In this document: piece by piece, positions 10,317 to 21,263 of the stretch
Position numbering within the stretch: the first letter of the stretch is position 1
How the letters are laid out: every line of letters begins with the position of its first letter
DNA from: Escherichia coli
Lineage (GTDB): Bacteria > Pseudomonadota > Gammaproteobacteria > Enterobacterales > Enterobacteriaceae
DNA length: 64,000 nt
Strand: one strand, 5' to 3'
Assembly: GCF_048403405.1 (NCBI RefSeq)
Contig: NZ_CP183129.1
Translations under genes and position numbers: made by a program
The notes under the pieces: generated by a model
Seen by the model: only the letters and a program-made list of their open reading frames with translations
What the model was told of the DNA's origin: nothing
Database searches by the model: none

Positions 10317-10461
10317 ATTGCGCTCCTGATTGTTGCAGGTAGTGTCTCTCTTCGAAGCGGATAAGTCAAAAACATATATGGTTTAACGAATGTGTATGTG
10401 CAGAGGAAGGTAATAGGTGTGAATTTTGAGTTGGCTATTCATTTGAAAGGAGGTCTGAATC

Positions 10462-10550
10462 AGGACGTAAAAAAACCGACTTTGCGTCGGTTTTTTACTT
10501 TCCAGCCCTGAGTTGGTGGCTCTGGCTGGAGTGAGAGAGCTCTTATCTAA
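10462..10550 (-). ncRNA. agrA: agr-type antisense sRNA repeat (agrA-like copy) of the dinQ type I toxin-antitoxin locus
   Basis: About 90 bp directly repeated at 10693-10790 and partially at about 10945-10980 in the dinQ 5' region; contains a near-palindromic hairpin aaaaaaaccgactttgcgtcggtttttt usable as a terminator on the minus strand. Orientation and agrA/agrB naming follow the recalled K-12 arrangement (agr RNAs transcribed opposite to dinQ). Confidence 0.45.
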
Positions 10551-10692
10551 CAGTTCAATACTATTAGCCAGTGGCTAACATTGCAAGAATTAGCGATTTC
10601 TTCAGCTGGAGAAGGGACAGTTTGCTATACATGTTGGTGAAAGAGGATTTATATACTTTCATCGGGTCGCTGCCGTACCAAGCCTTGTCCGA

Positions 10693-10790
10693 ATCCGGAC
10701 GTAAAAAAAACCGACTTCGCGTCGGTTTTTTACTTTCCAGCCCTGAGTTGGTGGCTCTGGTTGGAGTGAGAATGCCATCATCTAACGCAT
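10693..10790 (-). ncRNA. agrB: agr-type antisense sRNA repeat (agrB-like copy, nearer dinQ)
   Basis: Second copy of the roughly 90-bp repeat (..ggacgtaaaaaaaaccgacttcgcgtcggttttttactttccagccctgagttggtggctctgg..); same hairpin-terminator architecture as the first copy. Confidence 0.45.
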
Positions 10791-10850
10791 CAATGCTAAT
10801 ACCATACTGAAACTATTGCAAGGACGTGCTGGTTTTATAACCTGCATGTA

Positions 10851-10866
10851 CTGTATGATTATCCAG
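10851..10866 (+). promoter_or_regulatory. Candidate LexA (SOS) box upstream of dinQ
   Basis: ctgtatgattatccag fits CTGT-N8-ACAG with one mismatch in the distal half-site; lies about 200 bp upstream of the dinQ ORF. Confidence 0.45.
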
Positions 10867-11059
10867 TTAGCTCTGAGGCATTTTCACTCTGGTAATGCGC
10901 ATAAACGCTTTCAAAGTCCTGGTCAGAAGTACGGGTGGTGCCGTTAACTGATGCTCTGGCCGGAGTGAGAGAGTTCTTATCTAACAATGAGACATGCGCC
11001 GTGACAGGCAGTGGATGAGTAAGCGGATGCATTCTCACTCCATAGCATGGAGAAAACGG

Positions 11060-11143
11060 GTGATTGATAAAGCAATCATCGTTCTTGGGGCGTTAATTGC
11101 GCTGCTGGAACTGATCCGCTTCCTGCTTCAGCTTCTGAACTGA
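11060..11143 (+). CDS. dinQ: DinQ small membrane toxin peptide (type I TA), 27 aa
   Basis: GTG-initiated small ORF translating to (M/V)IDKAIIVLGALIALLELIRFLLQLLN, a single hydrophobic helix; too short for the ORF track. Located in the arsR-gor intergenic region as in K-12. Confidence 0.6.
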   Translation: MIDKAIIVLGALIALLELIRFLLQLLN

Positions 11144-11159
11144 TAGCGGAAACGTAGCT

Positions 11160-11191
11160 AAGGGCAAAGAGCACACCACTCTTTGCCCTTT
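11160..11191. terminator. Bidirectional intrinsic terminator between dinQ and gor
   Basis: Perfect 10-bp stem gggcaaagag / ctctttgccc with 7-nt loop, placed between the convergent dinQ and gor 3' ends. Confidence 0.6.
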
Positions 11192-11196
11192 AACAT

Positions 11197-12549
11197 TTAA
11201 CGCATGGTCACGAACTCTTCTGCCGCCGTCGGGTGAATGGCGACGGTATTGTCGAAGTCTTTTTTGGTCGCCCCCATCTTCAGCGCCACCGCGAAGCCCT
11301 GCAACATTTCATCCATACCAAAACCAATGCCGTGAATTCCGACAATCTTCTCTTCCGGTCCAACGCATACCAGTTTCATGCGGCACGGCTGGCGGTGAGT
11401 GGTGACGGCGGTATACATCGCGGTGAAAGAGGATTTATACACTTTCACCTGATCGTCGCCGTACTGCTCGCGCGCCTGCGGTTCCGTTAAACCAACAGTC
11501 CCAATCGGCGGATGGCTGAAGACCACGGTCGGAATGTTGCTGTAATCGAGATGCTCATCCGGCTTGTTATTAAACAGGCGTTCAGAGAGACGGCGACCCG
11601 CTGCAACTGCTACCGGTGTCAGTTCCACTGCACCCGTGTTATCGCCCACCGCGTAAATACCTTCAACGTTGGTATTTTGATATTTATCGACGACGATATA
11701 GCCTTTTTCGTTAGTTTTAACGCCAGCGGCTTCCAGGTTGATGTTGTCATTGGCAGGCTCGCGACCAATCGCCCAAATCAGGCAATCCACCGTTTCACTA
11801 CGCCCATCTTCCAGCTCCAGCGTCAGGCTGCCATCGGCATTTTTCACCACCGCTTTCGGGATGGCATTGGTATGCAACTGTGGGCCTTCGGCGTTCATCA
11901 CTTCGACCAGCGTTTCAGAGATCATCGGGTCGAAGCTGCGCAGCGGCGCGTGTTTACGTACAAACAGATGCGTTTTCGCGCCGAGGCCGTTAATCACGCC
12001 CGCCAGTTCAACGGCGATGTAACCCGCGCCAACAACCGCTACGCGCTCTGGCAGCGCCGGAAGGGCGAAGAAGCCATCAGAATCAATACCGTATTCCACG
12101 CCCGGAATATCCGGGTGGCTCGGACGACCGCCGGTGGCGATCAGAATATGATCGGCCGTGATGGTTTCACCGTTAACTTCCAGCGTTTTGGCATCAACGA
12201 AGCGGGCAAAGCCTTTGATTACATCAACGTTATTTTTACCGAGCACGTTTTCATAGGAAGTATGAATACGGTCGATATAGGCGGTACGGCTGGCGATCAA
12301 CGTTTCCCAGTTGAATTTATTGATAGTGGTATCAAAACCATAATCCGGGCCGTACATGTGGATCGCTTCACGGATTTGCGCCGCGTGCCACATCACTTTC
12401 TTCGGTACGCAGCCAACATTTACGCAGGTGCCGCCCAGTTCTTTGGCTTCAATCAGCGCGCATTTCTGACCGTACATAGCCGCGCGGTTGATGGAGGCGA
12501 TACCGCCGCTGCCGCCGCCGATGGCGATGTAATCATAGTGTTTAGTCAT
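11197..12549 (-). CDS. gor: Glutathione reductase
   Basis: 450-aa ORF; N-terminal FAD-binding GxGxxG (IAIGGGSGG) and redox-active disulfide motif [13 protein letters not shown]. Confidence 0.95.
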   Translation of the reverse strand: MTKHYDYIAIGGGSGGIASINRAAMYGQKCALIEAKELGGTCVNVGCVPKKVMWHAAQIREAIHMYGPDYGFDTTINKFNWETLIASRTAYIDRIHTSYENVLGKNNVDVIKGFARFVDAKTLEVNGETITADHILIATGGRPSHPDIPGVEYGIDSDGFFALPALPERVAVVGAGYIAVELAGVINGLGAKTHLFVRKHAPLRSFDPMISETLVEVMNAEGPQLHTNAIPKAVVKNADGSLTLELEDGRSETVDCLIWAIGREPANDNINLEAAGVKTNEKGYIVVDKYQNTNVEGIYAVGDNTGAVELTPVAVAAGRRLSERLFNNKPDEHLDYSNIPTVVFSHPPIGTVGLTEPQAREQYGDDQVKVYKSSFTAMYTAVTTHRQPCRMKLVCVGPEEKIVGIHGIGFGMDEMLQGFAVALKMGATKKDFDNTVAIHPTAAEEFVTMR

Positions 12550-12620
12550 GACAGAGTGTCCTTATCGTTGATTACCGCGATTGTAGCGCGAGACGTAATA
12601 GGTGCCAGCAATGGCTGCAA

Positions 12621-13463
12621 TTACTCCGGCACGATCCAGCTTACGGTGGCGTGCCCGGTACCAGCCGGAACCAGTTTGCTGTGCAGCCACGGCAGCACGT
12701 TATTCATCTGCTGTTCCAGCTTCCACGGCGGATTAATCACAATCATGCCGGAAGCGGTCATGCCACGGCGATCGCTGTCTGGCAGTACCGCCAGTTCAAT
12801 TTGCAGAATTTTGCGAATGCCGGTCGCTTCCAGGTCGTGGATCATGCGCTTAATTTGCTGGCGCAGCACCACCGGATACCACAGTGCGTAAGTGCCAGTG
12901 GCGAAACGTTTGTAGCCTTCTGCTATCCCGCTGACCACCGCCTGATAGTCGGTTTTCATTTCATACGGCGGGTCGATAAGGATTAAACCACGGCGGGAAA
13001 CCGGCGGCAGTTTGGCCTTAAGCTGCTGGAAACCGTCGGCTTTTTCCACGCGCGCACGATTGTCTTTCTGAAATTCAGAACGCAGCAACGGGTAATCGCT
13101 CGGGTGCAGTTCGGTCAGTTGCAGGCTGTCCTGTTCACGCAGTAACTGACGAGCAATCAACGGCGAACCGGGGTAGTAACGCAACTGACCGCTACGGTTG
13201 AAGTGTTTTACCACATTGATGTACGCCTCCAGCTCTGCAGGCAAATCGTCCTGCTGCCAGATACGGGCGATACCTTCGAGATATTCGCCGGTACGCTCGG
13301 CATGTTCGCTGCCTAACTGATAACGCCCGGCCCCTGCGTGGGTGTCGAGATAGAGAAACGGTTTATCTTTCTCTTTCAGCGACTCGATGATCAGGCTCTG
13401 AACGGTATGTTTAAGGACGTCGGCGTGGTTGCCAGCGTGAAAGCTGTGGCGATAACTGAGCAT
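12621..13463 (-). CDS. rlmJ: 23S rRNA (adenine2030-N6)-methyltransferase RlmJ
   Basis: Track ORF trimmed to ATG giving 280 aa starting MLSYRHSFHAGNHADVLKH; conserved position between gor and prlC. Confidence 0.85.
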   Translation of the reverse strand: MLSYRHSFHAGNHADVLKHTVQSLIIESLKEKDKPFLYLDTHAGAGRYQLGSEHAERTGEYLEGIARIWQQDDLPAELEAYINVVKHFNRSGQLRYYPGSPLIARQLLREQDSLQLTELHPSDYPLLRSEFQKDNRARVEKADGFQQLKAKLPPVSRRGLILIDPPYEMKTDYQAVVSGIAEGYKRFATGTYALWYPVVLRQQIKRMIHDLEATGIRKILQIELAVLPDSDRRGMTASGMIVINPPWKLEQQMNNVLPWLHSKLVPAGTGHATVSWIVPE

Positions 13464-13665
13464 GGGTAAAGGTGTTCCGGTAAGTAAAAATCGGCCCGTA
13501 TTCGGGGCGCACAAAAGCCTATCAGGACAGTATACCGAAAAGAGGCCGCCGCCGCGAAAGCGTAACGTTTCTCATTGAAATTCACTACACTTAACCCCAT
13601 GCTACACACATTATGTAAAGCGCCTGTTGAGCGCTTCCTTAACCTCTTTAACCAGGACTGCGCTA

Positions 13666-15708
13666 ATGACGAATCCGTTACTGACTCCCTTTGAATTGCC
13701 TCCGTTTTCTAAAATTCTCCCGGAACATGTCGTTCCAGCCGTGACTAAGGCGCTGAACGACTGCCGCGAAAATGTGGAGCGCGTAGTAGCGCAAGGGGCA
13801 CCGTACACCTGGGAAAATCTCTGCCAGCCGTTGGCGGAAGTGGACGATGTGCTGGGGCGTATCTTCTCCCCGGTCAGCCACCTGAACTCGGTGAAAAATA
13901 GCCCGGAACTGCGTGAAGCGTACGAACAAACCCTGCCGCTGCTGTCAGAATACAGCACCTGGGTAGGACAACATGAAGGGCTGTATAAAGCATATCGCGA
14001 CCTGCGCGATGGCGATCATTACGCCACGCTGAACACGGCGCAGAAGAAAGCGGTTGATAACGCACTGCGCGACTTTGAACTCTCTGGCATCGGTCTGCCG
14101 AAAGAGAAACAGCAGCGTTATGGTGAGATTGCCACTCGTCTTTCCGAGCTGGGCAACCAGTACAGCAACAACGTCCTCGATGCGACAATGGGCTGGACCA
14201 AACTCGTTACCGACGAAGCGGAGCTGGCGGGGATGCCAGAAAGCGCGCTGGCTGCGGCAAAAGCCCAGGCTGAAGCGAAAGAACTTGAAGGCTACCTGCT
14301 GACGCTGGATATCCCAAGCTACCTGCCGGTAATGACCTACTGCGACAACCAGGCTCTGCGCGAAGAGATGTATCGCGCTTACAGCACCCGCGCCTCCGAT
14401 CAAGGTCCGAACGCCGGTAAGTGGGACAACAGCAAGGTGATGGAAGAGATCCTCGCGCTGCGTCACGAACTGGCGCAACTGCTGGGCTTTGAAAACTACG
14501 CCTTTAAATCCCTTGCTACTAAAATGGCAGAAAACCCGCAGCAGGTGCTGGATTTCTTAACCGATCTGGCAAAACGCGCGCGTCCACAAGGCGAAAAAGA
14601 GCTGGCGCAACTGCGTGCCTTCGCTAAAGCCGAATTTGGCGTGGATGAGTTGCAGCCGTGGGATATCGCGTACTACAGCGAAAAACAAAAACAGCACCTC
14701 TACAGCATCAGTGACGAACAGCTGCGTCCGTACTTCCCGGAAAACAAAGCGGTTAACGGCTTGTTTGAAGTGGTGAAACGTATTTACGGCATCACCGCTA
14801 AAGAGCGTAAAGATGTTGATGTCTGGCATCCGGATGTACGTTTCTTCGAACTGTATGACGAGAACAACGAACTGCGCGGCAGCTTCTACCTCGACCTGTA
14901 TGCCCGTGAAAACAAGCGCGGCGGGGCGTGGATGGATGACTGTGTAGGCCAGATGCGTAAAGCCGACGGTTCGCTGCAAAAACCGGTCGCGTATCTGACC
15001 TGTAACTTCAACCGCCCGGTAAATGGTAAACCGGCGCTGTTTACCCATGACGAAGTGATCACCCTGTTCCACGAGTTCGGTCACGGCCTGCACCATATGC
15101 TGACCCGCATTGAAACTGCTGGTGTATCTGGTATCAGCGGGGTGCCGTGGGATGCGGTCGAACTGCCGAGCCAGTTTATGGAAAACTGGTGCTGGGAGCC
15201 TGAGGCGCTGGCGTTTATCTCCGGTCACTATGAAACCGGCGAACCGCTGCCGAAGGAGCTGCTGGATAAAATGCTGGCGGCTAAGAACTACCAGGCGGCG
15301 CTGTTTATTCTGCGCCAGCTGGAGTTCGGCCTGTTTGATTTCCGCCTCCATGCCGAGTTCCGCCCGGATCAGGGAGCGAAAATCCTCGAAACTCTGGCAG
15401 AAATCAAGAAACTGGTTGCCGTAGTACCGTCTCCATCCTGGGGCCGTTTCCCGCACGCTTTCAGCCATATTTTCGCCGGTGGTTATGCCGCAGGTTACTA
15501 CAGCTACCTGTGGGCCGACGTGCTGGCGGCAGATGCCTTCTCGCGCTTTGAGGAAGAGGGCATTTTCAACCGTGAAACCGGACAGTCGTTCCTCGACAAC
15601 ATTCTGAGCCGTGGCGGTTCAGAAGAGCCGATGGATCTGTTCAAACGCTTCCGTGGTCGTGAACCGCAGCTGGATGCGATGCTGGAGCATTACGGCATTA
15701 AGGGCTGA
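13666..15708 (+). CDS. prlC: Oligopeptidase A (M3 family zinc metallopeptidase)
   Basis: Track ORF trimmed to ATG giving 680 aa starting [14 protein letters not shown]; zinc-binding HEFGH motif present (..[13 protein letters not shown]..). Confidence 0.95.
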   Translation: MTNPLLTPFELPPFSKILPEHVVPAVTKALNDCRENVERVVAQGAPYTWENLCQPLAEVDDVLGRIFSPVSHLNSVKNSPELREAYEQTLPLLSEYSTWVGQHEGLYKAYRDLRDGDHYATLNTAQKKAVDNALRDFELSGIGLPKEKQQRYGEIATRLSELGNQYSNNVLDATMGWTKLVTDEAELAGMPESALAAAKAQAEAKELEGYLLTLDIPSYLPVMTYCDNQALREEMYRAYSTRASDQGPNAGKWDNSKVMEEILALRHELAQLLGFENYAFKSLATKMAENPQQVLDFLTDLAKRARPQGEKELAQLRAFAKAEFGVDELQPWDIAYYSEKQKQHLYSISDEQLRPYFPENKAVNGLFEVVKRIYGITAKERKDVDVWHPDVRFFELYDENNELRGSFYLDLYARENKRGGAWMDDCVGQMRKADGSLQKPVAYLTCNFNRPVNGKPALFTHDEVITLFHEFGHGLHHMLTRIETAGVSGISGVPWDAVELPSQFMENWCWEPEALAFISGHYETGEPLPKELLDKMLAAKNYQAALFILRQLEFGLFDFRLHAEFRPDQGAKILETLAEIKKLVAVVPSPSWGRFPHAFSHIFAGGYAAGYYSYLWADVLAADAFSRFEEEGIFNRETGQSFLDNILSRGGSEEPMDLFKRFRGREPQLDAMLEHYGIKG

Positions 15709-15715
15709 TCATTCA

Positions 15716-16468
15716 GTGAAAATCTGCTTAATTGATGAAACAGGCACCGGAGACGGTGCCTTATCTGTTCTGGCGGCCCGCTGGGGGCTGGAACATGATG
15801 AAGACAACCTGATGGCGCTGGTATTAACGCCGGAGCATCTGGAACTGCGCAAGCGTGATGAGCCAAAACTTGGCGGCATCTTTGTTGATTTTGTTGGCGG
15901 GGCGATGGCGCACCGTCGCAAATTCGGCGGCGGACGTGGGGAGGCAGTGGCGAAAGCGGTGGGTATTAAAGGCGATTATTTGCCAGACGTGGTGGACGCT
16001 ACCGCAGGGCTGGGGCGCGATGCCTTTGTGCTGGCTTCGGTCGGCTGCCGCGTGCGGATGCTGGAGCGTAATCCGGTGGTTGCTGCATTGCTCGACGACG
16101 GCCTGGCGCGTGGTTATGCGGATGCGGAAATCGGCGGCTGGTTGCAGGAGCGGTTGCAGTTAATTCACGCTTCCAGCCTGACGGCGCTGACCGATATTAC
16201 TCCGCGCCCGCAGGTGGTCTATCTCGACCCGATGTTCCCGCATAAGCAGAAAAGCGCGTTGGTGAAAAAAGAGATGCGAGTCTTTCAGTCGCTGGTGGGG
16301 CCGGATCTTGATGCCGATGGATTGCTGGAGCCTGCACGCTTGCTGGCGACCAAACGCGTGGTGGTAAAGCGCCCGGACTACGCGCCGCCGCTGGCGAATG
16401 TCGCCACGCCAAACGCGGTAGTGACCAAAGGGCATCGCTTTGATATTTATGCCGGAACGCCGGTGTAA
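15716..16468 (+). CDS. rsmJ: 16S rRNA (guanine1516-N2)-methyltransferase RsmJ
   Basis: GTG start 8 nt after the prlC stop; 250 aa beginning (V/M)[24 protein letters not shown]; the track ORF is longer because it runs out of frame across the prlC 3' end. Confidence 0.85.
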   Translation: MKICLIDETGTGDGALSVLAARWGLEHDEDNLMALVLTPEHLELRKRDEPKLGGIFVDFVGGAMAHRRKFGGGRGEAVAKAVGIKGDYLPDVVDATAGLGRDAFVLASVGCRVRMLERNPVVAALLDDGLARGYADAEIGGWLQERLQLIHASSLTALTDITPRPQVVYLDPMFPHKQKSALVKKEMRVFQSLVGPDLDADGLLEPARLLATKRVVVKRPDYAPPLANVATPNAVVTKGHRFDIYAGTPV

Positions 16469-16473
16469 AAGTA

Positions 16474-16506
16474 AAGCAGGGTAGCGTTATCGCTACCCTG
16501 CTTTCT
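16474..16506. terminator. Bidirectional intrinsic terminator between rsmJ and dtpB
   Basis: Stem agcagggtagcg / cgctaccctgct with ttat loop, followed by a short T-rich tract; sits between convergent gene ends. Confidence 0.65.
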
Positions 16507-16516
16507 GCAAGAATAA

Positions 16517-17986
16517 TTAATGGCTTTCGGGCGTCGCAATCATTCGTTTCAGCCACGGCACCATCAGCAGCATCACCACCGCAACGCCCAGCGTAACCAG
16601 GCCAATCTTACCAAACACGTTGGTATAGACGGGCAACGTCTCAAGCGGATCGGTAATGTTGTCTGGTACTGCGGTAAATGTTGCCACATAGCCGCCCAGC
16701 AAGAACGCGGCAGCCTGCGTCAGGAACCACATCCCGAGAATAAAGCCCATCAAATGCTGCGGCACCAGGGCAGCAATCATCGCCAGGCCAAGGGCGCTAA
16801 TAAACAGTTCACCCAGGCTCTGGAATAAGTAAACCAGCACAATAAACCACGGCGATGTCAGCCCCTGGGCATCCGCAAACCACATTCCCGCAGCTGCAGC
16901 CGTCAAAAAGCCCAGTGAGCACATAAACATGCCGAGAGTAAATTTCATCGGCATAGAGAGATCTTTGCCTTTGTTACCCAGATGCGTGTAAATGCCTGCC
17001 AGTATTGGGCTGGCGAGTACCACCCAGAACGGGTTAAGCGCCTGGAAGCTGACCGGGTTGATGGAAAAGCCGAGAATTTCATGATGCACGTTGTTGATGG
17101 CAAAGAAGTTCAGCGACGTTGGCATCTGGGCGTAGAGAATGTAAAACACCACCGCTTCGAGCATCAGGACAAAGGCGACAAACATTTTATTGCGCCCGGT
17201 TTTATCCAGCTTGAATGCCTGACGAAAGAAAATGATGGTGACGACGATGGAGAGAACAATCAGCACCAGATTGGCGACTTCTACGTTGTGCATCAGCCAT
17301 GCACAGACGAAGATCATCACCACGCTGCCAAGTAACACGTACAACAGTTTGCTGAAGCTCATCGGCCGGAAGTCGGGTTCAGAACCAATGTCTTTCACCA
17401 TTCCGCGACAGGCGATGTAAACCAATAGCGCGATAATTAACCCCGCACCGCACAGGTTGTAGGTGACTGAATAACCGAATCTATCAGCGATCACGGGGGC
17501 CAGCGATAACGCTATCAACGAGCCGATGTTGATCGACATATAGAACAGGGTAAATGCGCCATCAAGCCGCGGATCTTTCGGCGGATAGCACTTCGAAAGC
17601 AAGCTGGCTGGGTTAGCTTTAAACAGGCCGTTACCGACAGCGATAGTCCCCAGGGCGATGAAAATCAGGTCAGGCTTAAGTAGCGACAGGCCGGTCATGA
17701 AGTAGCCAATCGCCAGCACAAGTGCTCCGAGAACAATGGTGCGTTTGGTCCCCAGCAGGTGGTCGCCGACATAGCCGCCAATGGAAATGAGGCCATAGAC
17801 CAGCGCAGCAAAAGCACCAAAAGTGACAAAAGCCTGTTCTTGCGAGAATCCAAGCTGCTTAACGAAGAAAACCGCCAGTACGCCCTGCACGCCGTAGTAG
17901 CCGAATCGCTCCCATAACTCGACAAAAAAGATCATGAAAAATGGGCGAGGTTGCTGCAGCATCCCCATGGGTGTTGTTGTATTCAT
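16517..17986 (-). CDS. dtpB: Proton-dependent di/tripeptide permease DtpB (POT family)
   Basis: 489-aa polytopic membrane ORF recognised as DtpB/YhiP. Confidence 0.9.
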   Translation of the reverse strand: MNTTTPMGMLQQPRPFFMIFFVELWERFGYYGVQGVLAVFFVKQLGFSQEQAFVTFGAFAALVYGLISIGGYVGDHLLGTKRTIVLGALVLAIGYFMTGLSLLKPDLIFIALGTIAVGNGLFKANPASLLSKCYPPKDPRLDGAFTLFYMSINIGSLIALSLAPVIADRFGYSVTYNLCGAGLIIALLVYIACRGMVKDIGSEPDFRPMSFSKLLYVLLGSVVMIFVCAWLMHNVEVANLVLIVLSIVVTIIFFRQAFKLDKTGRNKMFVAFVLMLEAVVFYILYAQMPTSLNFFAINNVHHEILGFSINPVSFQALNPFWVVLASPILAGIYTHLGNKGKDLSMPMKFTLGMFMCSLGFLTAAAAGMWFADAQGLTSPWFIVLVYLFQSLGELFISALGLAMIAALVPQHLMGFILGMWFLTQAAAFLLGGYVATFTAVPDNITDPLETLPVYTNVFGKIGLVTLGVAVVMLLMVPWLKRMIATPESH

Positions 17987-18244
17987 ATTTATTAACCTTC
18001 CAATACCATCCTGAAAAGTATGAACGCGTAAGGGATAACGCGCGAAAAAGTTTACATCTGTCAGAGATTCTTAATATTGATGCGGTGAATAGATTAATAC
18101 ACTATTACAACAGAAAATAACCAGCTGATCACACTAATGATGGAAAATATGATGGTGTTAAATGTTGTATTGGCAGGGGATTTTGATTGCGTACGCAGAC
18201 CGTAGGCCAGATAAGGTGTTTACGCTGCAAGGTAACAAGGCGCG

Positions 18245-18277
18245 CCAAAAAGCAAAACGCCCGCATATGCGGGCGTT
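18245..18277 (-). terminator. uspA intrinsic terminator
   Basis: Hairpin acgcccgc-atat-gcgggcgt 25 bp past the uspA stop, followed on the minus strand by a T-rich tract. Confidence 0.6.
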
Positions 18278-18301
18278 CAGGAACACGTCGTAGAGGGAAG
18301 A

Positions 18302-18736
18302 TTATTCTTCTTCGTCGCGCAGCGGAACAATCAGCATATCAACGTGAACGGTGTTGATCAGCTGACGTGCGGAAGACATCAGTTTGCTCCAGAAGTCCTG
18401 GTGGTGACCACAAACCACCAGATCCATATCGTATTTCTTGATTGCATCGACCAGAACCTGGCCCAGGTCGCCGCTGCCGCTCAGGGTTTCAGTGATTGGG
18501 TAGCCTGCATTAGTGGAAAGCTCGGTCAGCGCATGATGTGTCTCTTCAGAGATGCGTTTCTGCATATCACCCAGATTCACATCAATAAGCCCGGTGTATA
18601 GGTCAGAGTAGTTTACATCTACGTGGATCAGAGAAACTTTCGCATTATAGGGGCGAGCCATAGAGACTGCTTTCTCTACCAGAACTTTGCTTTCCGGGGA
18701 GAGATCGACCGCGATGAGAATGTGTTTATAAGCCAT
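18302..18736 (-). CDS. uspA: Universal stress protein A
   Basis: 144-aa [43 protein letters not shown].. recognised as UspA. Confidence 0.95.
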
Positions 18737-19126
18737 AGTGTTACTCCTTCCATAAAGTTGTCGATGACTGGCCAGCTAGCGTTTCTTGTGCCGTTACGTC
18801 ACCCGCGTCCTGCGAACTACGTGCGCGGGGCTAACCCAGCCGTAAAGATTCAGTGTTAAGACCATCCTTACCTTATAGCGACCCGGATGATCCGTCAATC
18901 CGCCTTGCTTACCCGTTAGATAAACAAATTTTCGACATGAATATATTGATAGTGGTTAACCTTCTGGAAAAAAAACAACCTGATCTCCTACACTATCTAT
19001 AGAGCCGCTCGGATGTTGGTCACCACAAAAGCGGTTTCTCCAGGACCTGGTGTTAACTGATTGGCAGCGTATCGGGAGCGGTAGCCCCGGGGTGGAACTC
19101 CGCGGGCAGGTCGCCGGGGAGGAGGT

Positions 19127-19462
19127 ATGATAAGCACCGTCGCATTATTTTGGGCTTTATGTGTCGTTTGCATTGTTAACATGGCGCGCTATTTCTCATC
19201 ACTACGCGCGTTGTTAGTGGTACTGCGTAACTGCGATCCATTGCTCTATCAATATGTTGATGGAGGGGGCTTTTTTACCTCACATGGCCAACCCAACAAA
19301 CAGGTGCGTCTCGTTTGGTATATCTATGCCCAACGTTATCGCGATCATCACGATGATGAGTTTATTCGCCGCTGTGAGCGGGTGCGTCGGCAGTTTATTC
19401 TGACCAGCGCATTGTGTGGTCTGGTGGTGGTCAGTCTGATTGCATTGATGATTTGGCATTAA
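19127..19462 (+). CDS. uspB: Universal stress protein B (small inner-membrane protein)
   Basis: 111-aa ORF with two hydrophobic segments, divergent from uspA; recognised as UspB. Confidence 0.9.
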
Positions 19463-19491
19463 GCAATTCAGCAAAAATAACGCATAAAAAA

Positions 19492-19521
19492 AGCGGGCCA
19501 GTAAACTGACCCGCTCGTTTT
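19492..19521. terminator. Bidirectional intrinsic terminator between uspB and pitA
   Basis: Stem agcggg / cccgct with 12-nt loop, flanked by an A-run upstream and a T-run downstream. Confidence 0.5.
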
Positions 19522-19532
19522 GGTGCGTGCGA

Positions 19533-21032
19533 TTACAGGAACTGCAAGGAGAGCCAGTAAAGCCCGCCGGAAAGCAGTACCGCAGCCGGAAGGGTAAACA
19601 CCCAGGCCATCAGAATACTGGTCACGGTTTTACGCTGTAAGCCGCCGCCATCTACCACCATCGTCCCCGCGACAGAAGAGGAGAGTACGTGGGTAGTGGA
19701 AACCGGCATCCCGGTATAACTCGCCAGGCCGATAGACACTGCCGCAGTCATCTGGGCAGACATCCCCTGAGCGTAGGTCATGCCTTTCTTACCGATTTTC
19801 TCACCGATAGTCGTTGCCACACGACGCCAGCCAATCATCGTACCGATACCTAACGCCAGCGCGACCGCCATGATGATCCACACCGGTGCATACTCGATGG
19901 TGCTAAGCATGTCAGACTTCAGTTTCTTCAACAGGCGCTGATCGTCAGCACTCACGCCAGGCATCTTCACCACTTTGTCGATAGTGTCAGAAACGCACAG
20001 CATAATGCGGCGCATCTGGCTACGTTGATCAAGCGACAGCTTATCGTAGCTTTCCACATCGGTAGTCAACATGCCTTTCAGGCGGTTGAGCGCGTTAATG
20101 GTATTCGACGGATGGCAATGGAACTCCGCAGGTTGCGTTGCGCCAGCTTCCGGAGCCGGTACTAACTGATCAGCACCGGTAGCCTGTTTCAGCAGCGCAG
20201 GGTGCTGCTCAAAGTAAGCTTCCACGTTGTTGATGGCATCACGGGTACGGGTGATTTCGTAGCCAGTGGCATTCATGTTCACCACGAAGCCTGCTGGTGC
20301 GACGCCAATCAATACCAACATAACCAGACCAATGCCTTTCTGACCATCGTTCGCGCCGTGCGAAAACGCCACGCCGATAGCGGAAAGGATCAGCGCAATA
20401 CGCGTCCAGAACGGCGGCTTTTTCTTGCCGTCTTTCTTTTCACGCTCCGCTGGGGTCAGGTGGATACGGGCGCGTTTCTTGGTGCCGCTCCAGTAGCGAC
20501 GCAGCAAGAAAATCAGACCGCCAGCAAACACCAGGCCGACAATAGGGGAAACGATCAGAGAACCGAAAATACTTAATACTTTCGGGATATTGAGTGCATC
20601 CACCACTGACGTCCCGGTCATCAACGCATTGGTTAAACCAATCCCGATGATCGCGCCAATCAGCGTATGAGAGCTGGATGCAGGTAAACCAAAGTACCAG
20701 GTACCCAGGTTCCAGATAATCGCCGCCAGCAACATAGAGAACACCATGGCAAGGCCATGAGACGATCCCATATTAAGCAGCAGATCCGTCGGCAGCATAT
20801 GCACAATGGCATAGGCAACACTCAGACCACCCAGCAAAACACCCAAAAAGTTGAACACCGCCGCCATAACCACGGCGAGCTGAGAACGCATCGCGCGGGT
20901 ATAGATAACGGTTGCCACGGCGTTGGCTGTGTCATGGAAACCATTGATGGCTTCGTAGAACAGCACAAAAGCCAGTGCAAGCAATAATAACAGCCCGGTA
21001 TGCAAATCCAGGCCAGCAAACAAATGTAGCAT
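19533..21032 (-). CDS. pitA: Low-affinity inorganic phosphate transporter PitA
   Basis: 499-aa membrane ORF recognised as PitA. Confidence 0.95.
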
Positions 21033-21263
21033 AGGACGTTACGCCATTTTGAGGACATGAACGCGGCGCATTATCAGTGACTTTCGCGGCGCGGGCAAAG
21101 TGAAATATAGACTTTTTTTGATTTGCCTCCTGTATGGATTTCACTCAAAAAATAATTATCTTATATAATTCAGGCAAATACTTCCTTTTAGTAATATTGA
21201 TGCTGGTGCGACCACTGAGGAATCTTTACAATTCACGCCCGTTTTTTCTTAGAGGAGCGCAAC

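Noticed and set aside
10456-10990. Possible CRISPR array suggested by the repeated roughly 90-bp units
   Set aside because: Only two full copies plus one partial copy, far longer than CRISPR repeats, with irregular spacing and no cas genes; better explained as the agrA/agrB/dinQ repeat family.
11512-12891. 459-aa plus-strand ORF
   Set aside because: Lies antisense across the whole of gor and into rlmJ; low-complexity, Arg-rich translation typical of a mirror-frame artefact.
13678-15468. Minus-strand ORFs of 83-303 aa within prlC
   Set aside because: Antisense to the well-conserved oligopeptidase A coding sequence; mirror-frame artefacts.
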